Of a stretch of DNA of 64,000 nt, positions 63,448-64,000 are shown piece after piece. Source of the stretch: Methanobacteriota archaeon (lineage in GTDB: Archaea; Thermoplasmatota; Poseidoniia; Poseidoniales; Poseidoniaceae); contig JABJFI010000039.1 in the NCBI GenBank assembly GCA_018662825.1, positions 13,643 through 77,642 on the forward strand, read 5' to 3'. The translations under genes and the position numbers were made by a program. Below the pieces are notes generated by a model. It made no database searches. It was given only the letters and a program-made list of their open reading frames with translations, and was not told the origin of the DNA. The first letter of the stretch is position 1. The number at the start of each line of letters is the position of its first letter.

Positions 63448-64000
63448 TTATTCTTCATGCACCAAGTTCTCCTGCCTAGATTCGGATTGACGCTGAACAA
63501 TATGCGTAAAGACCAGCAACACTCCAATGATTATTCCAATTTGGAGAATGACATTGGAATACACAGTAATTTCTGGAACCCATGAATGGATGTGTATAGT
63601 TACTTCTCCATCCGCCGATTCTTCGAAATATACTAAATGATGCTCAAGTACTTGCGGACCCCATTGATGTAATTCATCCGAAGTCAACTGTTGCGTGTAA
63701 TTATTGGTAAGATTAACGAAATGTATTTCGCCATCCATGTATTTCTCTAATGGATTGATTGGTTCCAAGTGGTCACGGGCCGACCAAGCCAAGATTCCAT
63801 TTTTCATCGAAGGGCCACTCGCAGCAAATTTTGCATCACTCGCAAGCCATTGCTGACCATTCGAACGATTGTAGACAACTAAACGCTCAGTAGCAGAAAC
63901 ATTCACAGTTACTGCGAGATATTCGTTATCGAATACAAAATCAGTGATAGTTGCATTATTCATGTCGACCGGAGTGCCCCATGTTGCAAGAATTTCGTCT
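63448..64000 (-). CDS. C-terminally TM-anchored beta-rich protein, partial (N-terminus outside the window)
   Basis: The frame stays open upstream of the annotated Met to the window edge. It has a C-terminal hydrophobic helix (ILQIGIIIGVLLVFTHI). Confidence 0.45.
   Translation of the reverse strand, partial: DEILATWGTPVDMNNATITDFVFDNEYLAVTVNVSATERLVVYNRSNGQQWLASDAKFAASGPSMKNGILAWSARDHLEPINPLEKYMDGEIHFVNLTNNYTQQLTSDELHQWGPQVLEHHLVYFEESADGEVTIHIHSWVPEITVYSNVILQIGIIIGVLLVFTHIVQRQSESRQENLVHEE

Noticed and set aside
1-64000. CRISPR arrays, transposases/IS elements, integrases, prophage genes, rRNA and tRNA genes.
   Set aside because: I scanned the intergenic regions and the ORF translations. There are no regularly spaced direct repeats, no DDE/tyrosine-recombinase/HUH motifs, and no rRNA- or tRNA-like sequences.

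Overview
This is a dense, almost fully coding chromosomal segment of about 60 genes. Spacers are short and many adjacent genes overlap by 1-4 nt at start and stop. The gene content is archaeal: Orc1/Cdc6, Cdc48/VCP, Bud32 kinase, cytidylyltransferase-type PPAT fused to a DUF359 dephospho-CoA kinase, TtuA/Ncs6 tRNA thiolase, a FlaI/TadA-type pilus ATPase with FlaJ/TadBC-like platform proteins, an HTH_10 regulator, and one structured RNA that looks like RNase P RNA. Housekeeping and metabolic genes include thrS (partial), pyrBI, ahcY, nadA, moaE/moaC, glpX, a DhnA-type aldolase, bioY, crcB and rdgB. There is also a notable set of CoA-thioester enzymes: four crotonases, a 3-hydroxyacyl-CoA dehydrogenase, two to three aldehyde dehydrogenases and a BoxB-like diiron oxygenase. 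This content suggests an aerobic heterotrophic archaeon, possibly a marine Thermoplasmatota/MGII-like lineage; that is inference only. I found no rRNA, tRNA, CRISPR array, transposase or integrase. The most interesting candidates follow. (1) A translationally coupled operon encodes a Roadblock/LC7 protein, a 1061-aa Roadblock-plus-coiled-coil giant and a 2-TM protein, with no GTPase partner (8.3-12.1 kb). (2) Two intergenic regions carry ORB-like (Orc1-binding-box-like) repeats, and neither lies next to orc1. (3) An orphan 847-aa wHTH protein sits divergent from a small wHTH protein across an AT-rich spacer with repeats. (4) A PPAT-DPCK fusion. (5) A Tad-like pilus locus has a split platform protein that carries a Cys-containing extracellular insertion. 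(6) A lone BoxB-like oxygenase. All functional calls come from motif recognition by eye; no database search was run.
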